Virus record (IMG/VR): IMGVR_UViG_3300033388_004729 | Span: 1-60,124 of that record | DNA: 60,124 nt | Source of the DNA: a virus | Lineage: Duplodnaviria; Caudoviricetes | Direction: 5' to 3' (one strand) | Shown: piece after piece, positions 19,162 through 29,317 of the stretch | How positions within the stretch are numbered: the stretch's first letter is position 1 | Layout of the letters: each line of letters opens with the position of its first letter | Made by a program: the position numbers and the translations under genes | Notes under the pieces: generated by a model | The model's input: the letters and a program-made list of their open reading frames with translations, nothing else | Database searches by the model: none | What the model was told of the DNA's origin: nothing

Positions 19162-21770
19162 GTTGTATAAACCCCTATAATTCTTTCATTACATCCAGAG
19201 GCTGTGAATTTCAGTGTGAATACATCGGCGTTGGTTTCAGCCTGTGTCAACCCATCTAAGAGTATATACATTCCATCGCTAACTTCAGTAATTGAATTTG
19301 TAAGGGATACAAACGCTGCACCGTCTTTTGATATTTTACCCGACACTGTTTTACCAGTTGCACCAGTTTTATTGTCCGACGACAAAACCATTAGAAACTC
19401 AAATTTCGGCAATGCAACATTTTTGGCAATTCCAGAAGGGAGATTATCAGTCTTTGCTTTAATTGTTGTGACGTCGGATTGTAGGGATGTAACGTCCGCA
19501 CTTAACCAGGACCCCGAACCATGCGCAGAATTCAGTTCTGTTGCGGTGGGGACATCGGATAAGTTTGCAGGGATGTAAGCCATTTCAGTATCGTACTCAT
19601 TAGTAGGTGCCCGGCCAGATATTGCAGCGTCAATATAATCTTTGAATAGCTTTCCAAAACTCGCAGTTCCATCCACGTCTGCAGTTAGCGTATTCCAGAA
19701 CTCGACCGCAGTGATACTTCCAGTGTCCATAAACACATCAGCGATGTGACCATTGGCCCAAAAGTCCCCTTCAATGGTGTTGAGCACACCGGATAAGATG
19801 TCTGTTTTTTTAAAGTCCATCCAAGCAGAAGCACCAGAATTTACTAGATATGTTGAGATTGTAAGTTTAGCTAATCCTGTTCTGGTTGGTGTGCCCGAAA
19901 CAGTGACTCGTTCCCAGGTATCAGTTACATTGCTCATCTGGTCGCTGTCTTCGGTGATGCCCTGTCCCGATATAGTAATCTTCGGTCTGTTGGCATCGGT
20001 GTAGCTAGCATTCTTACGAAGCCATGCAGAAGCCACAATTTGCTCCCCGTCTTTGACAGGAATATAAATATCATAGTCTAGCCATTCTGCATTGTTTGCT
20101 TGGTAGTCAAATCTTGTAGCATATGAGCCATATTTATATATGCTACTATCTCTTACTACAATTCCGTTTACGTACCATGCTTTGTCGGCATATTCAACTT
20201 GCCCCAAATCTTCACATTGGACGTAAGAACCAGTTAGAGCGTTGTGTATATTGCTTACTGGTGATGATGAGCTAAGTTTAGAATTTATAAAAACTATTGA
20301 TGAAAAAGCACCGTTAATAAATCGAATGTCTCCAGATGTATGTGTTGTTAAAATTCCCGATGCTGTACCCAATTCAGATTCTGTAATTGAACCAATGTTA
20401 CAAATATAATATAGTATTAATCCATAAGTTGTAGAATATGTTGTATCACCGTTTATTTTCCAATTATCGCCTGACGGTATTGAAGCACCACTCAAATAGA
20501 TGTTAGTTGTTGTATTTCCAAATAGGTTAATATTATTAAAAGCACATGAACATCTTGATAAGTATATTCCATAGTTATTATTTCTCCAGGATGTAAAACC
20601 AGAAATTGTACTTGAATAAACATTCGATAAATATATGCCGTAGGAATTGTTTGAATGAACTGTATTATCTGAAAAGTTCAAAATGATATTTGTATCAGAA
20701 AAATATACACCATACCCGTTGTTTGATGTAAAAGTATTTCCGGTTATAATTTGATTTACATTCATGGATCTAAAACCATAGTCATTAATACCGATTATAA
20801 TATTATTTGAAATGGTATTATTGGACCCATAGTATACATAAAAACGGTTATCTGTATTGTATATTACGCAATTATTTATAAAAACATTTTGAGAGTAATA
20901 TAAATAAAATGGATAGTTACTTGTTGCTAAGCCCCATATTGAACAATAAGAAAAATTAGTGGCATCGGATGCGGTTGTTCGAATCTCAATTCCATGTTTA
21001 TATGTTGCGTTATATCCAATCATATAAAATTCAACATAATCTACATTGGAAGTTGAACCAACGGGACAATAGACATATCCTCTATATGTAGTATTGTAAG
21101 AAGTAACAACAACGTTTCTGGTGAGATTAATTACTTCTGCTTGTGTTGGTGATGTGCCTGAATGAGCATAGGTTACTCCTGCCACACAGGTTATTTGGGT
21201 GCCACTATCAACTGTTTGAATTACTTCTTGCTCATGTTGTGAGTATGTTCTTGTTGTTGATGCAATGGCTACTTTATCGCCTACTTCCCAGTTCGTAGTA
21301 TCTCCAACTGTCCAAACGGTTCCTGTGGCTGATAAATCTGATGTAAGTAAGGTGTGTGGTGTTTTTGAAGCACCCTGCATAACCATATCACCATTGTTGA
21401 TGAATCCATACTTCCCTTCAGCCAGTGCCGCAGAGTAGTTTAATTTTATAGTGAATATCCTAGCTGCAGGAATTGGATTAGCAACGGTACCAAATTCAAT
21501 CGTACCACCTGAACTGGTTTGGAGATTGCCTTTACAAGTTAAAGTATAATCTGCAGCAACTGTATGAAGTACTTCTAACTTACCACCAGATGCAACGTCA
21601 ATGGCCGCTGTGGCTGAGTCAGCACCAACGGTGATATTTTGGTCAATAGTAATCGTATCGCCGGTTTGAATGATCACTGTGTCGCCTTCACTAGGAACTG
21701 CTGCCCCGGTCCAGGAAGCACCAGCTGACCAGTTGCCCCCACCAGTTCCATTTGAAGTTATTGCAGCCAT
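19158..21770 (-). CDS. G8-domain / right-handed beta-helix protein, putative receptor-binding or depolymerising spike
   Basis: GNWS...W...VP..GDTV.I G8-like start, AEVINLTRNVVV, repeated NNxYGIY PbH1 units, carbohydrate-binding-like module. Confidence 0.75.
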   Translation of the reverse strand: MAAITSNGTGGGNWSAGASWTGAAVPSEGDTVIIQTGDTITIDQNITVGADSATAAIDVASGGKLEVLHTVAADYTLTCKGNLQTSSGGTIEFGTVANPIPAARIFTIKLNYSAALAEGKYGFINNGDMVMQGASKTPHTLLTSDLSATGTVWTVGDTTNWEVGDKVAIASTTRTYSQHEQEVIQTVDSGTQITCVAGVTYAHSGTSPTQAEVINLTRNVVVTSYNTTYRGYVYCPVGSTSNVDYVEFYMIGYNATYKHGIEIRTTASDATNFSYCSIWGLATSNYPFYLYYSQNVFINNCVIYNTDNRFYVYYGSNNTISNNIIIGINDYGFRSMNVNQIITGNTFTSNNGYGVYFSDTNIILNFSDNTVHSNNSYGIYLSNVYSSTISGFTSWRNNNYGIYLSRCSCAFNNINLFGNTTTNIYLSGASIPSGDNWKINGDTTYSTTYGLILYYICNIGSITESELGTASGILTTHTSGDIRFINGAFSSIVFINSKLSSSSPVSNIHNALTGSYVQCEDLGQVEYADKAWYVNGIVVRDSSIYKYGSYATRFDYQANNAEWLDYDIYIPVKDGEQIVASAWLRKNASYTDANRPKITISGQGITEDSDQMSNVTDTWERVTVSGTPTRTGLAKLTISTYLVNSGASAWMDFKKTDILSGVLNTIEGDFWANGHIADVFMDTGSITAVEFWNTLTADVDGTASFGKLFKDYIDAAISGRAPTNEYDTEMAYIPANLSDVPTATELNSAHGSGSWLSADVTSLQSDVTTIKAKTDNLPSGIAKNVALPKFEFLMVLSSDNKTGATGKTVSGKISKDGAAFVSLTNSITEVSDGMYILLDGLTQAETNADVFTLKFTASGCNERIIGVYTT

Positions 21771-22018
21771 TATGGTTGTGCTTGTTGTGGTTTAATTGCG
21801 GTTCCAATCATATCATTTAATTCTGCACCTAATGATTCTGCTTCTTCTTTTGATTTAATCATATTTCTCATTTCATTGGTTACATAATCTATATTTCTTG
21901 TATTTTCAATATACATCATTTCTTCGCTTGTTTCCACATTGTTTTTTTTCATCATCACTACACAGTTATATGTTGGAGATTGATATTCCACGCTAGTTAT
22001 TGTTGCCGTCCATGCCAT
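21770..22018 (-). CDS. hypothetical protein
   Basis: 82 aa, TAATG coupling. Confidence 0.6.
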   Translation of the reverse strand: MAWTATITSVEYQSPTYNCVVMMKKNNVETSEEMMYIENTRNIDYVTNEMRNMIKSKEEAESLGAELNDMIGTAIKPQQAQP

Positions 22019-22022
22019 TGTG

Positions 22023-22217
22023 TTATCCTCCTGCGGTTTCTGATAATGTGATTATATATTCAACGGGCTGTTCTGATAATGTGATTCCATATTCGATTGA
22101 ATCCAATAATGTGATTGTCAGCGGAAATGGTGTTTCAACAAACTGCATAAAGTAATCGGAAATACCACTGAATTCAATTTGCTTATACTGATCCAAATAT
22201 GAATATGTAGTTATCAT
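22023..22217 (-). CDS. small repeat protein (paralog of 18892..19161)
   Basis: MITTY...ITLxxxxEY repeats, ends AGG. Confidence 0.55.
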   Translation of the reverse strand: MITTYSYLDQYKQIEFSGISDYFMQFVETPFPLTITLLDSIEYGITLSEQPVEYIITLSETAGG

Positions 22218-23965
22218 GTGCTTGTGTGGATTGTGATTATTCTTGCATCTGCATCAGATGCCGTAAATATCAATGTTACATTACTATAATTAAGTTCTCC
22301 GGCGGTCAAGTCAATTTCATATAATCCGTTAGATATCTCAGTGATTGCGCCGGTATTTGTCAAAGATGCCACCGCCCCCCCATCACCGGAATAACTCCCT
22401 GCGACAGTTCGGCCGGTCTTACCCGTAACATGGTCGGTTGAGTCTACCATTAAGAAGGTGAATGCTGTTATGGCGGTGTTCTTCTTTATGCCATCTGGCA
22501 GGTTATCAGTCTTCGCTTTGATTGCTGTAGTGTCCGTGACTACTGTGTTGAAGGACGTATCCATCTCTGATTTAGTAGGACCATCGTAGTCTGTTAATGC
22601 AGTATCACATTCTGTATTAATCTGTGCGAGTGCATCAGATGCTAATTCCACCACATGGGATAATCCCCCTGGTACCATGACGTAAACTGATGTGGCGTCT
22701 GGGTTTGTGGTCCATGTGCCATGTATTGTTGCTACTTTTGTTGAACCAACATAGCTATCAATCAATCTAAATTGTCCCCGCCCAGTCCCAGCCATGATTT
22801 GAATAATTTGGTCTTCATACGTTGAATCAATTGCAGAAGCAGAATCTCTTAAAGTGATTGTTGTGTTTTCGCCTGCCTGAGCTAGTCCGTGATCAGTAAC
22901 CAGCGGTGTATCATCTGCCATGACAAAATACTGAGAAGTGCTATCAGGATTCACCCACCAATTACGGTCCACAACAGCAACTTTAGAAGTGCCGTTATAA
23001 TCTACAATTGTTCTAGTTTGGCCAACTCCGGTACCATCGAGAATCGCAATAAGGTTCCGATTATAGATATGATCCGTTGCACTTTCGCCCGCTGCAAGAG
23101 TTATTCCATATGCAGAACCTGCCTGTGCTGTTCCGTCTGTGATGTTGAAAGCTCCAATTTCACGCAGCCGCCTACCCGCAGAGGTAGCTGTATTATGTGC
23201 CGCTCCTGTGAGTACTTCATCCCATACGTCATCGATTAATTGTGCGGATGTTGCTGTGGCTGCCAGTAGTACCCCATTAGTTCCGGTATCAAGCAAGATG
23301 TCATCAATAGTCCCATTAACAGTATTGAAGGATGTATCCATTTCAGCTTTGGTCGGTCCATCATAATCAGATAGAGCCGAATCAGCTTCAGTGTTCACAC
23401 TTGTTTTCATCGTGGCCGTCAAATCTCCATTTGTTGGTGCATTAGTTAAATTCGTGGCCGTAGTTGTGGTTGTAACCGTTGGAACTGTACAATTAGTAAA
23501 TCCATACCCTGTACCATCAAATGCCAGTTCGGCATTATCTGCCGCGGTAGAATCCCCTGAGATTTCCACTGTGTCAACTTGTAGTTTATCGGTGCCTTTT
23601 ACTAATGAATCATATATAGCACCTGAAACAATATCATAAGAAACACTACCGAATGGAAGTACACCTGTGCAATATACTAATACAGTAAGAATCCCTTCTT
23701 CGGTATTGTTAAATGTTGCGCCGCCCGATGCAGGCAACTCTAATTCATAAGCACCCTGGTCAGTGTGTGCCCAATCGTAGTCACCACCAGTGGTTGGAGT
23801 GATTGCAGTCGTTACTACAGTTCCATCATGCTTTTCAAGAATGGCTGTAACTTCTATACCTGCTTGATCATAGGTCAAGCCTTCTTCTCTGGTTTTGAAG
23901 TCTGTATCATCTATGGCTGGTTTTACAATTATTTTTATAGCTGAGTCCACTGGTTTAGTTGGCAT
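22214..23965 (-). CDS. Thr/Ala/Gly-rich virion fibre protein
   Basis: Duplicated AQAG...GTG.GQ.R.I..Y.G..KVA domains and DYDGPTKxEMDTSFNTV twice; C-terminal domain shared with 19158..21770. Confidence 0.7.
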   Translation of the reverse strand: MPTKPVDSAIKIIVKPAIDDTDFKTREEGLTYDQAGIEVTAILEKHDGTVVTTAITPTTGGDYDWAHTDQGAYELELPASGGATFNNTEEGILTVLVYCTGVLPFGSVSYDIVSGAIYDSLVKGTDKLQVDTVEISGDSTAADNAELAFDGTGYGFTNCTVPTVTTTTTATNLTNAPTNGDLTATMKTSVNTEADSALSDYDGPTKAEMDTSFNTVNGTIDDILLDTGTNGVLLAATATSAQLIDDVWDEVLTGAAHNTATSAGRRLREIGAFNITDGTAQAGSAYGITLAAGESATDHIYNRNLIAILDGTGVGQTRTIVDYNGTSKVAVVDRNWWVNPDSTSQYFVMADDTPLVTDHGLAQAGENTTITLRDSASAIDSTYEDQIIQIMAGTGRGQFRLIDSYVGSTKVATIHGTWTTNPDATSVYVMVPGGLSHVVELASDALAQINTECDTALTDYDGPTKSEMDTSFNTVVTDTTAIKAKTDNLPDGIKKNTAITAFTFLMVDSTDHVTGKTGRTVAGSYSGDGGAVASLTNTGAITEISNGLYEIDLTAGELNYSNVTLIFTASDADARIITIHTST

Positions 23966-25081
23966 TTATTGATTCCTCCGGTAAAACCAAGGATGGCCTG
24001 AAATTATTGTTGAATAAGTACAATATATAGAAAATCTGTATGATGCATATCTAGATAATGCTGTTGGATCAGGCCAGCCGTCATATATTATAACATTTGC
24101 ATAAAAATCATCCGCTGCAACTGTAGAATCATAAAAAGCATTATTAATTCCAGTTCCTGCGACACTCCACACAACTAATCTATAATACGTTCCTGAAATA
24201 AATGATGGTGAAGAATTAAAATCAAATGTTATTAGTTGATCTGCACCTATACCCACTTCAATCTCTTCTGTTTCTCCATTTGTGAATGGGGATACTGATG
24301 TGTCATATGCACCACCCCCATCATCATACACATTACATTTATTATTTTTAGCAGCAGCATCTACCGAGAGCCAGGTACTAATACTTGTACCCGACCCATC
24401 TTCACTAATTTGAAAACGACCCATTAGAATCTTATCTTCTGTTGACATTCCAGTACCACCTTGTGAACCCCAACCAAAAGTGGGATCAATTATTATCGGG
24501 TACACTGCATTGTCGATGAAATCTAGGGGCACAGTAATGGATAGAATGTGTGAATTTTCATTAATATGCATATCACACCATGTCCTTGTGCCTATTGAAT
24601 CAATAACATGCGGTCTGAAGATGTGGAATGCTTTACCAGTTTGATAGTTCGTTTCACCGATCTTGTGGTTGGATTTGGTCTTGTGATACACAGCATAGGA
24701 ATTAACAACATTTTCAGGTCGAATATGACCATCTTTAATTTCTTGTTGTGTTAATTCTGGTTGAAAATAGAAGTTCAGTCCTTTGGATTGAATAGATAGA
24801 TCAATTGTGTTTGAAATAGGTTTCGATTCTAGTTCGATTTCAAATTCAAAATTAGTATCATCTATTTCATAGAATCTAGTTGAAATATTATCATCATCAG
24901 TCCATTCAATTACATTATTTAAATTTGTGTGATGTCCTGTATATGGAGATATAATCCCAACACTAAAATTAACTTCGTTTCCCCATCGTTTAACCTTTAT
25001 TCTTGGCTTGAATATTGGTTGATTTTCATCACCAATTATGATTTCAAAACCGTTGGGTGCATTAAATGAATAGTGTGTCAT
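23966..25081 (-). CDS. putative virion structural/adhesin protein
   Basis: AVYPIIIDPT motif typical of surface-protein beta domains; structural operon. Confidence 0.55.
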   Translation of the reverse strand: MTHYSFNAPNGFEIIIGDENQPIFKPRIKVKRWGNEVNFSVGIISPYTGHHTNLNNVIEWTDDDNISTRFYEIDDTNFEFEIELESKPISNTIDLSIQSKGLNFYFQPELTQQEIKDGHIRPENVVNSYAVYHKTKSNHKIGETNYQTGKAFHIFRPHVIDSIGTRTWCDMHINENSHILSITVPLDFIDNAVYPIIIDPTFGWGSQGGTGMSTEDKILMGRFQISEDGSGTSISTWLSVDAAAKNNKCNVYDDGGGAYDTSVSPFTNGETEEIEVGIGADQLITFDFNSSPSFISGTYYRLVVWSVAGTGINNAFYDSTVAADDFYANVIIYDGWPDPTALSRYASYRFSIYCTYSTIISGHPWFYRRNQ

Positions 25082-25153
25082 GTTGGTGGTTAGTTTTTAG
25101 TTTCCATTTCATAGATAATAATAAACAGTTAGTAATATAGGATGCTATTATTA

Positions 25154-25393
25154 TTATTCATCCAAATCTTTTAATACCCAAGTCCGTTTATATTCCATCA
25201 AAACTTTATCAACAATCTCAGTGAGTACAGATTTCTCTATGCGTTTATCGATTTCTTTATCGCGTTCGACTAATAATTCAATAGCGCCATTCATACCACA
25301 TTCATGCGCCTCTGCGATTGCACGAATATATTTCAGTGCAGACGAATTAATCGTGGTATGAAATGGTTGTCTATTGACTGTCTGTTTAGACAT
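25154..25393 (-). CDS. ribbon-helix-helix-like regulator
   Basis: RQPFHTTIN....IRAIAE...GMNGAIELLV. Confidence 0.55.
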   Translation of the reverse strand: MSKQTVNRQPFHTTINSSALKYIRAIAEAHECGMNGAIELLVERDKEIDKRIEKSVLTEIVDKVLMEYKRTWVLKDLDE

Positions 25394-25912
25394 TCACACG
25401 GATGTCCTTCCAGGACCTACTCTTCCCTCTTCAGGTGACGCCTTCGGCCAGTCGTTCGGTGTCCGGATACTGATATATTCGTCGATCAGTTTTGACATAT
25501 TCTCCATGTAGGTTATGCCTCTGTCGTAGTCGTGTACCTGGATTCCTGTCTGTAACCTTGCACTCTGACTTACTCCAAACTCGAAATGCATCATTGATAT
25601 CATGTTGACAATGAGCTGTACATCTTTGTTCTCTGGAACGGGTAAGTCATCAAGCCCGGGGTATGCATATACAAGACATCCGTGTGTCTCAGGTGTATCC
25701 AGCAATGGAAGTGATGCCAAAAATTCCCACTGGACATGTAAGTCTGCAATTCGATCCTTCAGTCGAATCATATCCGCTTCGATGACGAAACCATCACCTT
25801 GATCTGCCGACTGTGATTTTATTACCGAAAAATGAAAATCTCTTAGATATGCTGCTATGTAACACAGCTGCATATTAGGAATTTCATCAGGTAAATCGCA
25901 TGTTGTTGCCAT
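25394..25912 (-). CDS. hypothetical protein
   Basis: Start at MATTC after GGAGG. Confidence 0.65.
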   Translation of the reverse strand: MATTCDLPDEIPNMQLCYIAAYLRDFHFSVIKSQSADQGDGFVIEADMIRLKDRIADLHVQWEFLASLPLLDTPETHGCLVYAYPGLDDLPVPENKDVQLIVNMISMMHFEFGVSQSARLQTGIQVHDYDRGITYMENMSKLIDEYISIRTPNDWPKASPEEGRVGPGRTSV

Positions 25913-26029
25913 TTTAATTCCTCCGATATATTTTCTGTACTGCTTTTTTTTCTTAAACAGTGACAATAAATTTAACATTTATTCATCTATTCATATCTAT
26001 CTTATTGAATTTAAATATGTCCCTTTCAA

Positions 26030-26329
26030 CTAGATATTCAATAGTGCCGTTTTTGGGGTTGCCTTATTAATTATTGTTTGTGTCGCCCCAGATACAAACA
26101 TCAACGCAAATACAGAATCAAACGATAACGGCATTGCCTGTACTGTTGCAGACTGCACAGATATTACTGCCATCAGGACGAATCCTAATAATAGAGTATA
26201 CACATAATTCATATCAAATTTGCGTCCGTCCTGGATTCTCTTATTGCGATATGGGATGTAGACTAATATTACCTGCCCGATTACGATTGCTAATAAGAAT
26301 ATCAGCGGCTTGAATGCTTCTAATTCCAT
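26030..26329 (-). CDS. 3-TM membrane protein (holin-like)
   Basis: Three hydrophobic helices, 99 aa. Confidence 0.5.
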   Translation of the reverse strand: MELEAFKPLIFLLAIVIGQVILVYIPYRNKRIQDGRKFDMNYVYTLLLGFVLMAVISVQSATVQAMPLSFDSVFALMFVSGATQTIINKATPKTALLNI

Positions 26330-26592
26330 TAATATATCCTCCTATTATGAAGATTTAACTACACAAATCTTCTGAAGTGCACCTTCTTTAAATCCAAATA
26401 CATGAAGTGTTATTGCCGTGGAATCCAGTGCCTCCACAGCTGTTTCAGCGGCTGCAATTGAATCGTATGTTGTCCATACCCAGTTTCCCATAGTATCATC
26501 CTCTTACAATTTTTCTTGTTTCTAAAGTAATCTCTGTATCAACGGGAAACTGTAACGCCCCCCGTAACTCAGCTAATTTAAATCATTTCATC

Positions 26593-27216
26593 CTAGCATT
26601 GTAATTCCACTTTAGGCATGTTAGCATTTGATGGATGATTAACCACTGGCTGCATTGTGAATTGATTAACAACCTCCACGCCATTAGTAAATGTCTCTAT
26701 ATTCTCTAATTCTTGTTGAGTCAATATAAAATATGGGAGGTTGTTGCATAATGCAAATATTCTTGGCCTCCAATATATATCTTCTTTCAACATGAATAGT
26801 AATATATCCGCCCCCTTATGCATTATATCGAGTTTACGGTCTTGGTGGTCAAATAGTGTATTAATACCCTTAGTTACGCTGTCATCAAGCACCTGTAGGC
26901 GTGGGTCGTCATAGACAAAGGCATTTCTGTCCCACTCTCCTACAATCCATTTATGAATTTTATTTACTGTTTTAATTATTGCTGGTTTTACAGTGCGCTG
27001 AAATATTGCACCTTTCACAGAGTCTAGATGCCAAGTGAAACCCACCCTACTGTTATTATTTCCTTCTGAATATATTGGGTTTCGTTGAGTAGATGGATTA
27101 TATGGTGCAATGTTTACGTCCATATCTTTACCCTGTTGAACCATCTCATCAAAAGAAATAACACCGTGTATAAACGAATCGTACACGGGCTTAAACTCTG
27201 CTGGAAGCATTGGCAT
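26593..27216 (-). CDS. conserved hypothetical protein (paralog of 41004..41675)
   Basis: KG..FQ.T.K..I.K...W.V...D..A.VYDD.RL...FM.KED.Y shared; start at MPML. Confidence 0.7.
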   Translation of the reverse strand: MPMLPAEFKPVYDSFIHGVISFDEMVQQGKDMDVNIAPYNPSTQRNPIYSEGNNNSRVGFTWHLDSVKGAIFQRTVKPAIIKTVNKIHKWIVGEWDRNAFVYDDPRLQVLDDSVTKGINTLFDHQDRKLDIMHKGADILLFMLKEDIYWRPRIFALCNNLPYFILTQQELENIETFTNGVEVVNQFTMQPVVNHPSNANMPKVELQC

Positions 27217-27220
27217 GATT

Positions 27221-27685
27221 TTACGCCTTCGGAGTATATGTGATTGTATAAAATGTTTCTCCTGCTGATGGATCTCCATCTGCTGCTATAGATATTGATG
27301 CACCTGCTGCAACTTCATTGTATGCCGATGGTGTCACTGAAGCAACGGCCCCCACTAACGATGCAGTTGTATCTGCCCCAATTGTCAAAGCCCCGCTGGT
27401 CATAGCTACAGAGTTAGCCACCACACTGGCAGTGATGACACTAGAAGCATCCAATGCCACAGTTACACACGAATCAAGGCCTACTACATCACATTTACAT
27501 GGCATATTGACGTACCATGTGGATGCTGCAGTTGCTAATAGTGGTCCAACGATCATGGCTTGATTCTGCATACCAATATCAAGTTCTGCATCAATCAATG
27601 CCAATTCTGTTGTTATTTTCTTTGCAAGTGAACCGGTCTCGGTTCTAAATTCTTTGGTTGTTTTAGCTGTATATCCTGATCCCAT
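27221..27685 (-). CDS. putative head fibre/decoration protein
   Basis: Ala/Thr/Val-rich beta protein directly after the capsid gene. Confidence 0.5.
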   Translation of the reverse strand: MGSGYTAKTTKEFRTETGSLAKKITTELALIDAELDIGMQNQAMIVGPLLATAASTWYVNMPCKCDVVGLDSCVTVALDASSVITASVVANSVAMTSGALTIGADTTASLVGAVASVTPSAYNEVAAGASISIAADGDPSAGETFYTITYTPKA

Positions 27686-27747
27686 AATTATTATCCTCCT
27701 GATATAATTATTGTACTAGAGTTAGTCCAAAAAATATGAAACCGGTA

Positions 27748-28698
27748 TTAAATACCAGAATCATATAATGCAGCGTATGGTTCTTTGACAACAGTCACCT
27801 GATCAACCCAGAACTGCATGACTGTGTCGTGTGTGTCATCTTCAACATATGAATTATAGTTGAATCCGATATTCGGCACAGTCTTAGAATTTCCATCGCC
27901 TGTCTGATATGTGATGTTTGCAGTTGAGTACTTTGGATTGTTGTTATAGAACAATGTTCCGGCAGGATTTCTCTTGTCCATTCCAAGTGCATAACCCTCT
28001 GAAATACCACTGTCTAGCCCGTGGATTGTTGCGCCGACTACTGGTATATCTATATCCATAGATGACATAGTAGGTACACCGTACAGATTCTTCTGCTTGT
28101 CACCGTCAATATCCATTGCAGTAAGATATTGTAACAGTTCGAAGTAGTTATCACTGTGCACATATACATCAGTTAGCCCATATGGATAACCTTCACGATG
28201 CATTTGTGCCGCCAATTTCAATAAATCATCCACAGGAGTTGCTGTTGCGCCATCCCATGTAGTTGTTGGCGTCCATGATGGTGTAGTTGCTCCACCAGTC
28301 AAAGAAGTTCCAGTGATTGTATTCACATGCTGTGCAAGCTGATACGCGACCCGGGTATATGCCCGGTTAATCTGATCAATCCCCTCAGTGAACTGAATGG
28401 CGTCTTCATCGATCTTAATCGCGAAACCTTCCTGGTTCAATAATGCAGATTCAATCGAGATTGTGGTAATGTCCACAAATGGGAACCTTGCACTTGGTGT
28501 GTGTATCACCGGGGTCTTTTTCTTTGTATCTGACGATGCACTAACAGATTCTTGTTTGTATCGTACAGCCCGGGCATCCGTTTTCACTTTTGGAAGCAAA
28601 TCTATAAATGATAGATAGGGCTCCATGATCTTGAAAACTGTTGGCACTACAAATTCTTTCTGTAAGAATTTCTCATTTGGTAATGATACTTGTGTCAT
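27748..28698 (-). CDS. major capsid protein (HK97 fold, inferred)
   Basis: 316 aa after the protease/scaffold and decoration genes; W....ATP.DDL motif, C-terminal VVKEPYAAL. Confidence 0.75.
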   Translation of the reverse strand: MTQVSLPNEKFLQKEFVVPTVFKIMEPYLSFIDLLPKVKTDARAVRYKQESVSASSDTKKKTPVIHTPSARFPFVDITTISIESALLNQEGFAIKIDEDAIQFTEGIDQINRAYTRVAYQLAQHVNTITGTSLTGGATTPSWTPTTTWDGATATPVDDLLKLAAQMHREGYPYGLTDVYVHSDNYFELLQYLTAMDIDGDKQKNLYGVPTMSSMDIDIPVVGATIHGLDSGISEGYALGMDKRNPAGTLFYNNNPKYSTANITYQTGDGNSKTVPNIGFNYNSYVEDDTHDTVMQFWVDQVTVVKEPYAALYDSGI

Positions 28699-28711
28699 GA
28701 TTATTACCTCC

Positions 28712-29317
28712 TTATGTGGTTGCTGTTCCCAATGTGGCTATACCAACCAGACAAGAATAGCTAGTACCCGAATCATTCGGTACATAATGGAATGGGATAA
28801 AACCAGTTCCTGCGGTGTCATTCAATACAAGGTCATGATCGGTTGTACTTTCAGACACATCCACATCTAATTCAGTTGTAGACCCTGGAGTAATTGCAGA
28901 TGTTCCAGTGCAAAGAACTCTAGCGTGACGAATTGCTGTGATGCCACCCCAAATCTCTACTGTTGCAACACGATAGTATTTACCAGCCAATCTCTCTGCA
29001 AGTGTGTCAGCTGCAGCAGATGTTCCTGGTGTTACAACAAGCCGTGGTTCACTGACTATCATACCAATGACTTTATCATCAGTGGTGCTGACTGTCTCTA
29101 CACAAGGCAAGCCGTTACATGCTGCATAGGTGCAGTTTGTACTTGCATCTATCGAAACAACATCGCCTTTTCTCAGTTCTGATGCCCAAGTGTGACCGGT
29201 TTCGTATGTCCCGCCAGGACCATATGTTCGTGCGGTTACAGTTGGTGCTCCTTCATCAAGAATACAAGGTATTTGAAGAACACCGCCATATTCACCCGCA
29301 TATGTACTTTCTGCCAT
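28712..29317 (-). CDS. capsid decoration/cement protein
   Basis: LRKGDVVSI...VIGMIV pattern; between scaffold and capsid genes. Confidence 0.55.
   Translation of the reverse strand: MAESTYAGEYGGVLQIPCILDEGAPTVTARTYGPGGTYETGHTWASELRKGDVVSIDASTNCTYAACNGLPCVETVSTTDDKVIGMIVSEPRLVVTPGTSAAADTLAERLAGKYYRVATVEIWGGITAIRHARVLCTGTSAITPGSTTELDVDVSESTTDHDLVLNDTAGTGFIPFHYVPNDSGTSYSCLVGIATLGTATT

Noticed and set aside
18892-23965. Diversity-generating retroelement target/template repeats in the fibre genes
   Set aside because: No reverse transcriptase in the window, and the paralogous segments differ at all base types rather than only at adenines
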